Positions 29,792 through 40,755 are shown, counted from the stretch's first letter. The stretch: DNA of 64,000 bases from an uncultured Pelagibacteraceae bacterium (GCA_902556855.1 CACDXJ010000003.1:5643-69642); one strand, 5' to 3'. The notes: a model not told the origin generated them from the sequence alone. Numbers and translations: made by a program.

Positions 29792-30560
29792 TATAAAACT
29801 ATTTGTTTTATTTTTTTTGTTACTTATATCACTAAGACCACTACAAAGTGCTGAAATGGTTGATCCAATTAAAGTGGATTGGAGTTTTAAAGGTTTAACA
29901 GGAACCTTTGATAGAGCATCACTACAAAGAGGATTTCAAGTTTATAAAGAAGTCTGTGCTTCATGCCACTCAATGCAATATCTTAGCTATAGAAATCTAG
30001 GAGAACCTGGTGGACCTGAATTTTCAGAGCAAGAAGTGAAAGCTATAGCCGCAAGTTTTGAGATAGAAGACGGTCCAGACCCTCAAGGTGAAATGTTTAC
30101 TAGACCCGGTAGACCTTCAGATAAATTTAAAAGTCCGTATCCAAATGTTCAAGCAGCAGCGGCTGCTAACGGCGGTGCATACCCACCTGATATGTCAGTT
30201 CTAGTTAAAGCAAGAAAAGGAGGGGCTAACTATATTTATTCAGTATTAGTTGGTTATGAAGATCCACCTCCAGGTGTGACCTTAGACGATGGTGTTTATT
30301 ACAATAAATATATGGTTGGCAATAAAATTAAAATGCCTAATAATTTAATGGATGGGTTAGTTGAATATGCGGACGGAACAGAATCTACAGTCGATCAAAT
30401 GGCTAAAGATGTAACAACTTTTCTAGCATGGGCAGCGGAACCTGAACTTGAGGAAAGGCATAAAACTGGTGTGAAAGTAATTATTTATTTACTTTTATTG
30501 ACGATTTTAGTTTATTTAAGTATGAAAAAAATATGGTCAAGGGTTGACTCGGAAAAATAA
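29778..30560 (+). CDS. petC: cytochrome c1
   Basis: [26 protein letters not shown]-terminal TM anchor. Confidence 0.96.
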   Translation: MIKSNIKLFVLFFLLLISLRPLQSAEMVDPIKVDWSFKGLTGTFDRASLQRGFQVYKEVCASCHSMQYLSYRNLGEPGGPEFSEQEVKAIAASFEIEDGPDPQGEMFTRPGRPSDKFKSPYPNVQAAAAANGGAYPPDMSVLVKARKGGANYIYSVLVGYEDPPPGVTLDDGVYYNKYMVGNKIKMPNNLMDGLVEYADGTESTVDQMAKDVTTFLAWAAEPELEERHKTGVKVIIYLLLLTILVYLSMKKIWSRVDSEK

Positions 30561-31607
30561 TACATCTCCATCTTTCACAATATAATCTTTACCCTCTATT
30601 CTCAATTTTCCATTTTCCTTGCATTTTTCAGCACTTCCATATTTAATAAAATCTTCAGAGGTTACAGTTTCAGCTCGAATAAAATTTTTTTGAAAATCAG
30701 TATGAATTACGCTTGCAGCTTTAGGGGCAGATGTATTTTTCTTAATAGTCCAAGCTCTACTCTCCTCTGGACCAGAGGTAAAAAAAGTATCTAGTCTTAA
30801 AAGATCATAACCAGCTCTTATAAGTTTATTCAACCCAGTTTTTTCTAAACCAATGTCTTTCATAAAATCTTCTTTTTCATTTAAATCAAGCCCTGAAAGT
30901 TGATCTTCAATGTCGGCACAAATATTAATCATTTTTTCACCCGGGTATTTTTCTTTTACCTGTTTTGTATATTGATTTCCTTTAGATAAACTATCTTCAT
31001 CAACATTACATACTATTATTTTTGGCTTTATGCTTAACAAACCAATACCAGAGAGTAATTCTTCTTCCTCTTTATCATTAATCGTTGCCTCTTCTCCTTT
31101 GCTAAGATGGCCAAGCTTTTCCTCCAAAACTTTTATCTGTTTCTCACCTAATGCTTTTTTTTTACTCTTTTCTAGCTTTTTTTGAATAATATCTATATCT
31201 GAGAGAATAATTTCTGTCTTAATAGTTTCTAGGTCATCTGCTGGATTAATAATAGAGTTAACGTGAGTAATTTTTTCAGAGTCAAAACATCTTACCAAGT
31301 GTATAATTGCATCGACTTCCCTTATATGAGATAGAAATTTATTGCCTAAACCTTCTCCTTTAGATGCACCTTTTACTAAACCAGCAATATCTACAAAAGT
31401 AATGTTTGCGTAAATTTTTTTCTTTGAGCTAGACAGTTTAGCTAATTGATCTAGTCTTTCATCTTTTACATCAACTATACCAATATTAGGATCAATTGTA
31501 CAAAAAGGGAAGTTTGCTGCCTCAGCTTTTTTTGATGCAGTTAAAGCATTAAACAAAGTTGATTTACCTACATTAGGAAGACCAACTATTCCACATTTAA
31601 ATCCCAT
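30537..31607 (-). CDS. ychF: ribosome-binding ATPase YchF
   Basis: GIVGLPNVGKST, NFPFCTIDPN, DIAGLVKGAS.GEGLGN. Confidence 0.96.
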   Translation of the reverse strand: MGFKCGIVGLPNVGKSTLFNALTASKKAEAANFPFCTIDPNIGIVDVKDERLDQLAKLSSSKKKIYANITFVDIAGLVKGASKGEGLGNKFLSHIREVDAIIHLVRCFDSEKITHVNSIINPADDLETIKTEIILSDIDIIQKKLEKSKKKALGEKQIKVLEEKLGHLSKGEEATINDKEEEELLSGIGLLSIKPKIIVCNVDEDSLSKGNQYTKQVKEKYPGEKMINICADIEDQLSGLDLNEKEDFMKDIGLEKTGLNKLIRAGYDLLRLDTFFTSGPEESRAWTIKKNTSAPKAASVIHTDFQKNFIRAETVTSEDFIKYGSAEKCKENGKLRIEGKDYIVKDGDVLFFRVNP

Positions 31608-32169
31608 TAAGATTTTGGTTTACCTTGCTTGAAAATAAGTCTATCTTTTTATCTATAAGTGTAGGAATTTGTTTTACAATATTTTCAGTAATCTCTTTAA
31701 TTTTTTCCTCTTCATCTTCTTTAAAATCCTCTAAGACATGATTGTTGACTTTTTTCTTTTGCTTGGGATGACCGATTCCTATTCTTACTCTCGAATAATC
31801 TTTTCCAATAAATTTATCAATTGACTCGATACCATTATGACCAGCGCTAGTTCCACCAAATTTTACTTTTATTTTTCCAAAATCAATATCCATATCATCA
31901 TGAAAAACTATTACATCCTTAGCATCGATCTTAAAATAGTCTATAAGTTCTTTGATAGCCGTGCCTGAGTTATTCATAAAAGTTAAAGGTTTAATTGCAT
32001 AAATTTTTTTTTCATCGATATTACCAGTAGTCAGCAATCCTTTAAATTTAGGTTTTTGTTTTGAGAGTTTAAAATGAGAATTAATCGCATCGATAATTTT
32101 AAATCCGATATTGTGTCTTGTATTAGTATAATTAGAACCTGGATTTCCCAATCCAACAAGTAAAAGCAT
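31597..32169 (-). CDS. pth: peptidyl-tRNA hydrolase
   Basis: GLGNPG..Y..TRHNIG, KPLTFMN.SG, GHNG. Confidence 0.96.
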   Translation of the reverse strand: MLLLVGLGNPGSNYTNTRHNIGFKIIDAINSHFKLSKQKPKFKGLLTTGNIDEKKIYAIKPLTFMNNSGTAIKELIDYFKIDAKDVIVFHDDMDIDFGKIKVKFGGTSAGHNGIESIDKFIGKDYSRVRIGIGHPKQKKKVNNHVLEDFKEDEEEKIKEITENIVKQIPTLIDKKIDLFSSKVNQNLNGI

Positions 32170-32174
32170 ATAAA

Positions 32175-32915
32175 TTATTTTTTTTCAGCAGGTTTTTTTT
32201 CTTCAGGTTTTTTTTCAGTTGAACCTTCTTTAGTTTTATCATCCTTCTTAGAAACGTCACCGTCTTTCCCTGCAGCTTCTGCACCCTCGGCAGTTTGAGT
32301 TTCTCCCTCAGCACCTTCAGCTGATGCCTCTTCAACTGGTTTTTCTGGTTCTTTAATAACAGTTGGAGCAGCAACAGTTGCAACTACGAAATCACGATCA
32401 GTAATAGTTGGAAAAACATTATTTGGAAGTTTTACAGAAGAAATTTTTATACTCGTCCCAATATCCGTTCCCGATAGGTCAACTATAATCTCATTCGGGA
32501 TATTTTCTGCTGGACACCTCAGTTCTACTTTTCTCCTAACAATATTTAAAACACCTCCTCTTTTTAAACCAGGGGAGTCAGGGTGATTAATAAATTTCAC
32601 TGGTATTTCCAAAATAATTTTTTTACCAGATACAATTCTCATAAAATCAATATGTATTGGCTCTTCCGAAACTACGTTGTAAGCTACTTCTCTAGGAATT
32701 ACCTTTTCTGTTTTGCCATTAACTTCAATTTCTAATACTTTAGATAAAAAAGTATCGGAATTTATTAAATTCGAAATTTCTTTTTTACTGATAGATATAT
32801 TTTGATTTGGGTCTTTGCCTCCGTATAGAATTGCAGGAATAAAACCTTTTGCTCTTAACTTGTTATTAGAGCCAGATGTTAAATTTTCTCTTTTTATAGC
32901 TTTTAGATTACTCAT
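32175..32915 (-). CDS. rplY: 50S ribosomal protein L25/Ctc with acidic, Lys-rich tail
   Basis: LRAKGFIPAILYG, HIDF, GLKRGG. Confidence 0.94.
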   Translation of the reverse strand: MSNLKAIKRENLTSGSNNKLRAKGFIPAILYGGKDPNQNISISKKEISNLINSDTFLSKVLEIEVNGKTEKVIPREVAYNVVSEEPIHIDFMRIVSGKKIILEIPVKFINHPDSPGLKRGGVLNIVRRKVELRCPAENIPNEIIVDLSGTDIGTSIKISSVKLPNNVFPTITDRDFVVATVAAPTVIKEPEKPVEEASAEGAEGETQTAEGAEAAGKDGDVSKKDDKTKEGSTEKKPEEKKPAEKK

Positions 32916-32964
32916 AAGTTTATTGAGAAGCGTATATAACTCAAGATATGCACTAAAACAAGTG

Positions 32965-33897
32965 TTAATTAAACAAATCTGATACAGAATTAGAATTTGC
33001 TATTCTTTTAATTGCTTCAGACATTAGTGAGGCAATAGATAACACCTCAATTTTATTATTATTCTTAATCTTTTGAACGTTGTCTATAGTGTCAGTTATA
33101 ATTAATTTTTTTATCTTTGAATTTTTTATTTTTTTTACGGCGTCCCCACTTAAAACTGCATGGGTTATAAAGACATAGACTTCGTTTGCTCCACTTTTTT
33201 TAAGTGCATCAACTGCATTAACTATTGTTCCTCCGCTATCTATAATATCGTCTACGATAATGCAGGTTTTATTTTTTACATCTCCAATTATATTCATTAC
33301 TTCAGATTTTCCAGGGGCCGGTCTCCTTTTATCTATAATTGCAAGATCAGCTTTTATTCTCGTTGCTAAAGCTCTGGTCCTAGCAACTCCACCCACATCA
33401 GGTGAAACACATATTAGTTTTTTTGAATTTAATTTTTTTTTAATATATTTTGCAAATAGTGGAGCTGTATACAAGTTATCAACTGGCATATCAAAAAAAC
33501 CTTGAATTTGTCCTGCATGTAAATCGACTGTGACTACTCTAGTCGCACCAGCATTTGAAATTAGGTTAGCTACTACTTTTGCAGATATTGAAGTTCTTGG
33601 AGCTACCTTTCTATCCTGTCTTGCATAGCCAAAGTAAGGAATTACTGCTGTAATAGTTTTTGCTGAAGATCTTTTTAATGCATCAACTACTAACAAAAGT
33701 TCCATAATGTTATCATTAGCTGGATTGGAGGTAGATTGGATTACAAAAACACTGTTACCCCTAATATTTTCATTAATCTCAATATATATTTCGCCATCAG
33801 CAAATCTTCTAATATTAGTATTTATTAATTTTAGTTTGAGGTTTTTGGAAATATCTCTGCTAAGCTTAAGATTGCTAGTTCCAGATAAAATTTTCAT
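32965..33897 (-). CDS. prs: ribose-phosphate pyrophosphokinase
   Basis: FADGE, PYFGYARQDRK, DLHAGQIQGFF, VDDIIDSGGT. Confidence 0.97.
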   Translation of the reverse strand: MKILSGTSNLKLSRDISKNLKLKLINTNIRRFADGEIYIEINENIRGNSVFVIQSTSNPANDNIMELLLVVDALKRSSAKTITAVIPYFGYARQDRKVAPRTSISAKVVANLISNAGATRVVTVDLHAGQIQGFFDMPVDNLYTAPLFAKYIKKKLNSKKLICVSPDVGGVARTRALATRIKADLAIIDKRRPAPGKSEVMNIIGDVKNKTCIIVDDIIDSGGTIVNAVDALKKSGANEVYVFITHAVLSGDAVKKIKNSKIKKLIITDTIDNVQKIKNNNKIEVLSIASLMSEAIKRIANSNSVSDLFN

Positions 33898-33926
33898 GAA
33901 ATGTAGTTATTTATACAATTATTTCT

Positions 33927-34688
33927 TTAACTTTTCAAATTTAATTTAATAACAGATATATTTCGGCCATAGTCGCTTTGTTTTAGTATAGTTGACCTTC
34001 TAAAGCTAAAAAATTTCTTATTCTCAACATATGTATCAAAATTTACATGATCTACAATTACGTTTAGACTCAAAAGTTGATCTTCTACAAAACTTCTTAA
34101 ATCAAATAACTGTTTACAATTATTTTTACGGAAAAAATATTTTTTATTTTTTTTCGATTTTTTTAAAAATTTATTTACAAAATTTTCATCTACCTCATAA
34201 CTCTTTTTCCCAATACAGGGACCTAAAGATGCATAAATTTTGCATTTTAAATATTTTTTTTTTATTTTAGTAATTGTATTTTGTATTATACCTGAAAACG
34301 CTCCCTTCCATCCTGCATGTATACAGCCTATAATTTTATTTCGGAAGTCAAACAATAATATGGGCACACAATCAGCTGTAACTACTCCTAAAGCTATATC
34401 TTTCTTTGTTGTTATCATTGCATCCGAGTTTATTTTCTTTATTGAACTTGCTTTATTTATTTCAATCACTTTGTTGCTGTGTGTTTGAAACATGAGAATT
34501 AAGTGGTTTTTTTTAACACGCATCTTTTTCGAGACGAATTCTAAATTTTTTGCAATATTCTCTTTTTTATCTTTAGAGCCTCTTCCACAATTAAGACCTT
34601 TATAAAGTCCTTTGGAGTAACCATTTTTTCTTGAAAAGAAATAATGTTTTATTTCAAAAAATTTTTTAAGTTTTTTAGAGCGATACAT
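33927..34688 (-). CDS. pgeF: PgeF/YfiH family peptidoglycan editing factor / purine nucleoside enzyme
   Basis: QTHS, TADCVPIL, IHAGWKG, GPCI, FFSFRR. Confidence 0.9.
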   Translation of the reverse strand: MYRSKKLKKFFEIKHYFFSRKNGYSKGLYKGLNCGRGSKDKKENIAKNLEFVSKKMRVKKNHLILMFQTHSNKVIEINKASSIKKINSDAMITTKKDIALGVVTADCVPILLFDFRNKIIGCIHAGWKGAFSGIIQNTITKIKKKYLKCKIYASLGPCIGKKSYEVDENFVNKFLKKSKKNKKYFFRKNNCKQLFDLRSFVEDQLLSLNVIVDHVNFDTYVENKKFFSFRRSTILKQSDYGRNISVIKLNLKS

Positions 34689-35752
34689 TAATCAAATCCA
34701 AAATATTTATTTCTTCTAAATTTATAAGTTAAAATTACCTTAAATAATTCACCCATTAAATTTGGGTTTAACAATCTTTTTAATCGGAGGTAAAGATTTG
34801 TTTGATCGTTAAACTTCATTTTAGAGGCTATTATTTCAGCTCTTTTCATAATACCCATTTTTTCTAAAAATTTTTTTTGAGTAATAACTTTTTTAACTTT
34901 AAGTTTATTTTTCAAAAAAAACTCATTTAAAATGGAAAAATTAACATGCGAGGTAACATCTGCTTTTCCTAAATTGTTAAGTAATATATTTCTTTTATGT
35001 CTAATTACTGATTGTAAAGTACTTTGATTATGAGGCTTTAGATACCCATAATCAATTATTAACAAACATCCATTTAATTTATTTATAATTTTAATTATTT
35101 TTTTTAATTCGTTAAGCCCAAGTTTGGGAAATTCAATAAATTTTAAATCTTTAAGAGATCTATATGAATTTAAGATTTTAACATCTTCTGTTGAAGCCTT
35201 TTTAAACTTTTCAACTATTTGAGAATTTTTTCCAAGAAAAAAGTACTTTTCATATAATTTACCTTGGTCACGTTTAAATTGTTTTATTGGAATTGCATCA
35301 AAAAATTCATTACCAAAAAATATTACTGGTCCATTTTTAATTTTTTTAAAATCATTTATCCATTGAACACTATTATTTTTTATATTTTTTTTTTGAATTT
35401 TTTTCAAAAAACTACTTATTTCAAATAAGTATATTTTTTTCGAGTTATTAAATATCGGAAATCTTTTAAAAACATCTAAAAGAGTTTTTGTTAAACTTCC
35501 ATCACCGGGGCCAAGTTCTACTAGGTTAATCTTTTTAGGTTTTCCAAAAATTTCCCAAGTAGAAATAATCCATATCGCAATCATTTCAGAAAACAAATTT
35601 GATAATTTTGGGGAAGTTATAAAATCACCTTTTAATCCAAGAGGCTGTTTAGAATTATAGTAGCCAATCTTTTTATCATATAAAACATTTTGGAAAAATT
35701 GGTCTACAGGTAAAGATCTTACTTTTTTAAAAAATTTTAAATTTGATTTCAT
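34688..35752 (-). CDS. SAM-dependent methyltransferase, MidA/NDUFAF7 family
   Basis: GYY, GDFITSP, ELGPGDGSL, NEFFDAIP, IDYG, ADVTSHVNF, MGELFKV. Confidence 0.9.
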   Translation of the reverse strand: MKSNLKFFKKVRSLPVDQFFQNVLYDKKIGYYNSKQPLGLKGDFITSPKLSNLFSEMIAIWIISTWEIFGKPKKINLVELGPGDGSLTKTLLDVFKRFPIFNNSKKIYLFEISSFLKKIQKKNIKNNSVQWINDFKKIKNGPVIFFGNEFFDAIPIKQFKRDQGKLYEKYFFLGKNSQIVEKFKKASTEDVKILNSYRSLKDLKFIEFPKLGLNELKKIIKIINKLNGCLLIIDYGYLKPHNQSTLQSVIRHKRNILLNNLGKADVTSHVNFSILNEFFLKNKLKVKKVITQKKFLEKMGIMKRAEIIASKMKFNDQTNLYLRLKRLLNPNLMGELFKVILTYKFRRNKYFGFD

Positions 35753-36533
35753 TTTTTTTTAAAAAATTAAAGAGAAATATTCCTGCTACAATCATAAAAA
35801 AACTAAGGATTGTTCCCATACTAAATAAATTTAGTATATATCCAATGTGACTATCCGGTTCCCTAAAAATTTCTGAGAAAATTCTAAAAATTCCGTAGAA
35901 AATTAGAAATAGACAAGAACAATGACCAGTTTTATAATTCTTACTAAAAAATCTAACATTTAAAATTATAAATAAAGCAAGACCTTCCAAAATTGCCTCA
36001 TATATTTGAGAGGGATGTCTTGGAAAGTTGTCTATATTGGGAAAAATAACTCCCCAAATAATATTGGTTGTTTTTCCGATTAACTCACCGTTTATAAAAT
36101 TTGCAATTCGCCCAAGAAAAATTCCTATAGGGGAAACACATGCCACAACATCTAAGAGGAACAAAGTTTTTTTTTTATTTCTATTGGTAAAAAAATATGT
36201 CCCTAATATTATTCCTATTAAAGCTCCATGAAAAGACATTCCACCCTCCCAAATTTTAAAAATTTCAATAGGAGAAGAGATATAATAATTTAAATTATAA
36301 AAAATCACATAACCTAATCTGCCTCCAATAATTATTGATAAAATTAGATAGGTTATTAAATCGTCAAATTCTTTAGAATTGACCAGCTCTTCTGTTGAGG
36401 TCAGTTTTGACGAAATGATTTTTTTTCCATATGACCACCCAATGAGAATTCCGAAAATATATGCTAAAGAATACCATCTGATATCTAGAAACCCAAAGCT
36501 AAATATTACAGGATCAAAGTTATGGGTAAACAT
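35727..36533 (-). CDS. lgt: prolipoprotein diacylglyceryl transferase
   Basis: IRWYSLAY, GGRLGYV, GGMSFHG, GRIANFINGEL, RHPSQIYE. Confidence 0.96.
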   Translation of the reverse strand: MFTHNFDPVIFSFGFLDIRWYSLAYIFGILIGWSYGKKIISSKLTSTEELVNSKEFDDLITYLILSIIIGGRLGYVIFYNLNYYISSPIEIFKIWEGGMSFHGALIGIILGTYFFTNRNKKKTLFLLDVVACVSPIGIFLGRIANFINGELIGKTTNIIWGVIFPNIDNFPRHPSQIYEAILEGLALFIILNVRFFSKNYKTGHCSCLFLIFYGIFRIFSEIFREPDSHIGYILNLFSMGTILSFFMIVAGIFLFNFLKKNEIKFKIF

Positions 36534-36585
36534 AATTATTTATATCACATTTGAAATTAGTAATACTATCAAATAAGATACTTTT

Positions 36586-36831
36586 ATGAATAATTCGGAA
36601 AAAATTTTAAAAACTTTATCTGGTTTAATTGAAAATGGCATTCTCTCTTCCAAAGATATTAAAAATGAAATCTCTACTGACCTAAAATTTAAAAAAGACA
36701 AAATAATTAATAAATTAAATCTTGTATCCAGAGATGAGTTTGAAGTACTCAAAAAAATAGTTCAAAAACAAGACTCGATTATAAAAAAATTATTAAAGAC
36801 TAAAAAAACTAAAAAGGTAAAGAGATCTTAA
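36586..36831 (+). CDS. accessory factor UbiK/BMFP family protein
   Basis: KLNLVSRDEFEV motif; divergent from lgt as in other Alphaproteobacteria. Confidence 0.78.
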   Translation: MNNSEKILKTLSGLIENGILSSKDIKNEISTDLKFKKDKIINKLNLVSRDEFEVLKKIVQKQDSIIKKLLKTKKTKKVKRS

Positions 36832-38125
36832 CCTGAAGGCCGTTCAACTTTCCTTTATTAAGTTGAATACTACCACCATGGGAATTTATTACATCCTCTA
36901 CGATAGCTAAACCTAAACCAACTCCTGAATGATTTAAACTTCTACTTTTATCTAATCTAAAAAATGGTTTAAAAACATTCTTATATTGATCTTCCGGGAT
37001 CCCAGGACCATCATCTTCGAATAAGATTACTACCCTATTTGAAGTTTTTAGAATATCAACATAAACATTTTTACCATATGTTAATGCATTTTGAATTATA
37101 TTTTCAAAAGATCTTTTCAATGATAATGGCCTACCTTCTAAAAATATATCTTTGTCACAAGAAACTTTAAAATGCTCTTCATTAAAATTATTTTTAAATT
37201 CCTCGAATATTAATCTAAGATTTATCTTAGAAGTGTTTTCTTGTGACTGTGTTTTTGCAAATTGAAGATAGTCGTTAAGCATTCGTTCCATTTCGTCAAT
37301 ATCTTTAGACATTTTTTCTGATAAATCTTTTTGTTTTATCATTGCTAATTGTAATTTTAGTCTAGTAAGTGGTGTTCTTAAATCATGGCTTATACCAGAC
37401 AACATTTCTGATCTTTGGTTCAGATGACGATTAATCCTTTTGGCCATTCTATCAAATTCATAAGCTGCTTTTCTAATTTCTTGTGCTCCAGAAGGTTTAA
37501 AAAAATTTACGTAATCTCCCTTTCCGAATCTTTCTGCTGCTTTAGCTAATCTTACTAGAGGTCTAGTTTGATTTTTCAAAAATATTAAAGCTATTATAAT
37601 TAATACGATTGAAGGTAAAGTGGTCCATAAAACAAATATTCTAATCGAGGAAGTAGATACCATTTCTTTTGGCACTAAAAATTCTAGAACTTCATTTTCA
37701 GATTTAATTTTAATTTCAACAGCGTTTTTAAATTTGGTAGTGTTAAACCAATAATTATTATTCCCAAATGTAGACTTTAACTCTCTTCGAAGAGATCTAT
37801 CCATAGGGCTGAATTTTCTCTCTCCACTCTCATTCGGAAATTTTTCTTTACTAATTCCTATCTCAAAATTAAAATTATTCTTATAGCTATCAGTAAAGAA
37901 ATCTAAATTTTTTTTATCATTTTTATAAACTTCCTCGATTGTTTTTAGTTGAGCCACAAGAGATCTTGTTATGTTTTTATTAGCTTTAATCCAAATACTA
38001 TCGTAAAAAACTATAGTTATTATAATTTGTAAGATAATAGTTGGTGCTGCTACAATTATTAATGCTCTATAAAACAACCTTTTAGGCAATACAACTTTTA
38101 AAAATTTACTCAATCCAGAGAACAT
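36809..38125 (-). CDS. EnvZ-like sensor histidine kinase
   Basis: Two TM segments, HAMP, SHDLRTPLTRL H-box, DDGPGIP, GVGLGLAIV. Confidence 0.92.
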   Translation of the reverse strand: MFSGLSKFLKVVLPKRLFYRALIIVAAPTIILQIIITIVFYDSIWIKANKNITRSLVAQLKTIEEVYKNDKKNLDFFTDSYKNNFNFEIGISKEKFPNESGERKFSPMDRSLRRELKSTFGNNNYWFNTTKFKNAVEIKIKSENEVLEFLVPKEMVSTSSIRIFVLWTTLPSIVLIIIALIFLKNQTRPLVRLAKAAERFGKGDYVNFFKPSGAQEIRKAAYEFDRMAKRINRHLNQRSEMLSGISHDLRTPLTRLKLQLAMIKQKDLSEKMSKDIDEMERMLNDYLQFAKTQSQENTSKINLRLIFEEFKNNFNEEHFKVSCDKDIFLEGRPLSLKRSFENIIQNALTYGKNVYVDILKTSNRVVILFEDDGPGIPEDQYKNVFKPFFRLDKSRSLNHSGVGLGLAIVEDVINSHGGSIQLNKGKLNGLQVKISLPF

Positions 38126-38780
38126 ATCCTGAGCCCCTTATTGTTTGCAAAAATTTTGGATTTTTAGGATTAATTTCTATTTTTTGTCTTAATCTAGTTA
38201 TCATTACGTCAATAGAACGTTCCTGGCCTATACCAGATATTTTTCCTATCTCTTCTCTAGAAAAAGTTCTTCCAGGATTTGATAACATTTCTACTAAAAC
38301 TTTTTTTTCAGAGTTATTAATTTTTTTGTTATCATTATTTAAAGAGATTATCATTTTATTTAAATCAATTTTAGCTTTTCCTACATTATAAGAAGAATTC
38401 AAATCAATTTTAAAATTATTTTTTATGATATTATTAATTCTTAAAAGTAATTCTTTAGGTTCAAATGGTTTACCAATATAATCATCAGCTCCAATTTCAA
38501 GTCCTTGTATCCTATTTTCCACTTCACCTTTAGCTGTTAAAAGAATAATTGGAATTTTAATATTTTTTTTTATTTCTTTAGTAAGGTCATATCCGTTTTG
38601 TCCTGGCATCATTACATCTAGAATTATCAAATCAAATTTTATTATTTTCAATTTTTTTTTTGCCTGATCGGCGTTCTCAGCTGTTGAAACTATGTAATTA
38701 TTTTGACTTAGATACTCTTTTAAAAGATTTCTAATACCATCATCATCGTCAACTATTAATATATGTAATTTATTTTCCAT
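38106..38780 (-). CDS. OmpR family response regulator (PetR-like)
   Basis: VDDD, LDVMMPG, LTAKG, KPF, RSIDVMITRLRQKIE winged helix. Confidence 0.93.
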   Translation of the reverse strand: MENKLHILIVDDDDGIRNLLKEYLSQNNYIVSTAENADQAKKKLKIIKFDLIILDVMMPGQNGYDLTKEIKKNIKIPIILLTAKGEVENRIQGLEIGADDYIGKPFEPKELLLRINNIIKNNFKIDLNSSYNVGKAKIDLNKMIISLNNDNKKINNSEKKVLVEMLSNPGRTFSREEIGKISGIGQERSIDVMITRLRQKIEINPKNPKFLQTIRGSGYVLWIE

Positions 38781-39210
38781 TAATTATTTTTTTTAAAACA
38801 TCTTTAAATTTTATAACTGAGTCTGAATTTGAATTTTTAAGAGCATTAAAAATCCTTTTTTTTTGAGAATTATACACTATATCAAAAAAGACTTTACCCT
38901 CTCTGTCTAGAAATAAATTTCTTTTTCTGGTATCATTTTCGTCTTGAATTTGTTTTATCATTTTAGATTTTAAAAGATCTCGAAGAACTCTATTAAGACT
39001 TTGTTTTGTTACCTTCAATTTAAAGATTAATTCACCTAAATTTATACCTGGATTACTCTCGATTAGATGCAAAGCTCTTAAGTGAGCAGGTCCAAAAAAC
39101 TTTTTTGAGAGAATTTCTCTAGGATCTGAAAATGTTTCTCTATAAGCGTAATAAAGCAACTGTATAAACTCTTTTATTTGGTCATCTTTTAGATAAAGCA
39201 AATCTTTCAT
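38770..39210 (-). CDS. MarR family transcriptional regulator (PetP-like)
   Basis: LLYYAYR..F, LKVTKQSLNRVL, DTRKRNL wing. Confidence 0.88.
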   Translation of the reverse strand: MKDLLYLKDDQIKEFIQLLYYAYRETFSDPREILSKKFFGPAHLRALHLIESNPGINLGELIFKLKVTKQSLNRVLRDLLKSKMIKQIQDENDTRKRNLFLDREGKVFFDIVYNSQKKRIFNALKNSNSDSVIKFKDVLKKIINGK

Positions 39211-39286
39211 AATGGTAAGTTATATTGACTTATCCTGTTTTGGAATATACTTTTTTATAATAAAAAAATCTATATATTTACTGCTA

Positions 39287-40174
39287 ATGGAAAGTATACC
39301 CTACGACAAAAGATCAGGAAAAATTTGGTTCAACGGCAAAACTGTTGAATGGAAAGATGCAAATATCCATATTTTGAACCATGGCCTGCATTACGCAAGT
39401 TGTGTTTTTGAAGGCGAAAGAGTTTATGATGGAGAAATTTTTAGACTAGAGGAACATACTGTCAGACTATTCTATTCAGCTGAGAGAATGGGAATAAAAG
39501 TTCCCTATACTCAGAAAGAAATTAATGATGCTTGTAGAAATATTGTTAACATTCAAAAAGTTCAAAATGGTTATGTAAGACCTTTAATATGGAGAGGAAG
39601 TGAAATGATGGCTATATCTGCACAAAAAAATAAAATACATGTCGCTATAGCAACATGGGAATGGGGATCTTACTTTGACCCTAAACTTAAGTTAAATGGT
39701 ATAAAATTAAATATTTCTAGTTGGCGAAGACCCGCACCCAATACCATTCCATGGGATACAAAAGCAGCGGGTTTATACATGATTTGTACATTATCCAAAC
39801 ATGAAGCAGAGGCGCAGGGTTATACAGATTCATTAATGCTTGATCATCAAGGTGATATTGCAGAGGCCACAGGGGCGAATATTTTTTTTAAAAATAAGAT
39901 TGGTGAATTACACACTCCAATCCCTGACTCTTTTTTAGATGGTATCACTAGGCGTGAAGTAATTAAAATTGCGAAATCAAAAGGGATTAAAGTAATTGAA
40001 AGAAAAATAAAGCCTGAAGAAATGAAAGATTTTGTAGGGTGTTTCTTGACAGGCACAGCTGCAGAAATTACTCCAGTTTCACAAATAAACGAATACAAGT
40101 TTAAAGTTTGCTCAGTTATTTCAGAATTAGATGACGCCTATCAAAATTTAGTTAGAAAAGATACTGCAGCTTAA
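39287..40174 (+). CDS. ilvE: branched-chain amino acid aminotransferase (probable start 39287)
   Basis: HGLHYASCVFEGER, KAAGLY, EATGANIF, LDGITR, GTAAE. Confidence 0.94.
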   Translation: MESIPYDKRSGKIWFNGKTVEWKDANIHILNHGLHYASCVFEGERVYDGEIFRLEEHTVRLFYSAERMGIKVPYTQKEINDACRNIVNIQKVQNGYVRPLIWRGSEMMAISAQKNKIHVAIATWEWGSYFDPKLKLNGIKLNISSWRRPAPNTIPWDTKAAGLYMICTLSKHEAEAQGYTDSLMLDHQGDIAEATGANIFFKNKIGELHTPIPDSFLDGITRREVIKIAKSKGIKVIERKIKPEEMKDFVGCFLTGTAAEITPVSQINEYKFKVCSVISELDDAYQNLVRKDTAA

Positions 40175-40755
40175 TCTTTGTTATCTTCATTGATAGCATG
40201 GTCAATACCTTTTCTAAGATAATCATAGCCAGTATATAACGTTAAAAAAGCTGATAACCACAAAAGAATTATTCCCACGGTTTGAGCATTATAATCTTGG
40301 AAATTTATAATTTTATTTCCTATATCACCAGTCAATAAAATAGCGATTGAAGTCATTTGAATAAAAGTTTTTAATTTAGATAAACTTGTAACTTGCATAA
40401 CTATTTTTCCTTTTGCCAAAAATTCTCTTAATCCTGAAATTAAAATTTCTCTTGTAAGAATAATGACTGCTGCAATAACTTCATAGTTTTTAATAGTTCC
40501 ATTCATTACTAGTAAAATAAGAGCAGCAGAAACTAAAATTTTGTCAGCTATAGGATCTAATAATTCACCTAATTTTGATTCCTCTTTGAATAGTCTGGCT
40601 AATAACCCATCAAGGTAATCAGTAAAACTAGCTAGTACAAATAAAAAAAAAGGTATTAAATCGCCGAAAAATCCAGGAATAAAAAAAGTTACAACAAAAA
40701 TTGGCACAATAATTATTCGGCCAATTGTAAGTATATTTGGTATTTTTAATTTCAT
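40171..40755 (-). CDS. pgsA: CDP-diacylglycerol--glycerol-3-phosphate 3-phosphatidyltransferase
   Basis: IPNILT..R, TDYLDGLLAR...S.LG..LDPIADK. Confidence 0.95.
   Translation of the reverse strand: MKLKIPNILTIGRIIIVPIFVVTFFIPGFFGDLIPFFLFVLASFTDYLDGLLARLFKEESKLGELLDPIADKILVSAALILLVMNGTIKNYEVIAAVIILTREILISGLREFLAKGKIVMQVTSLSKLKTFIQMTSIAILLTGDIGNKIINFQDYNAQTVGIILLWLSAFLTLYTGYDYLRKGIDHAINEDNKD

Noticed and set aside
32175-32360. Low-complexity tail of rplY as a repeat element
   Set aside because: Ordinary acidic/Lys-rich disordered tail of L25/Ctc proteins.
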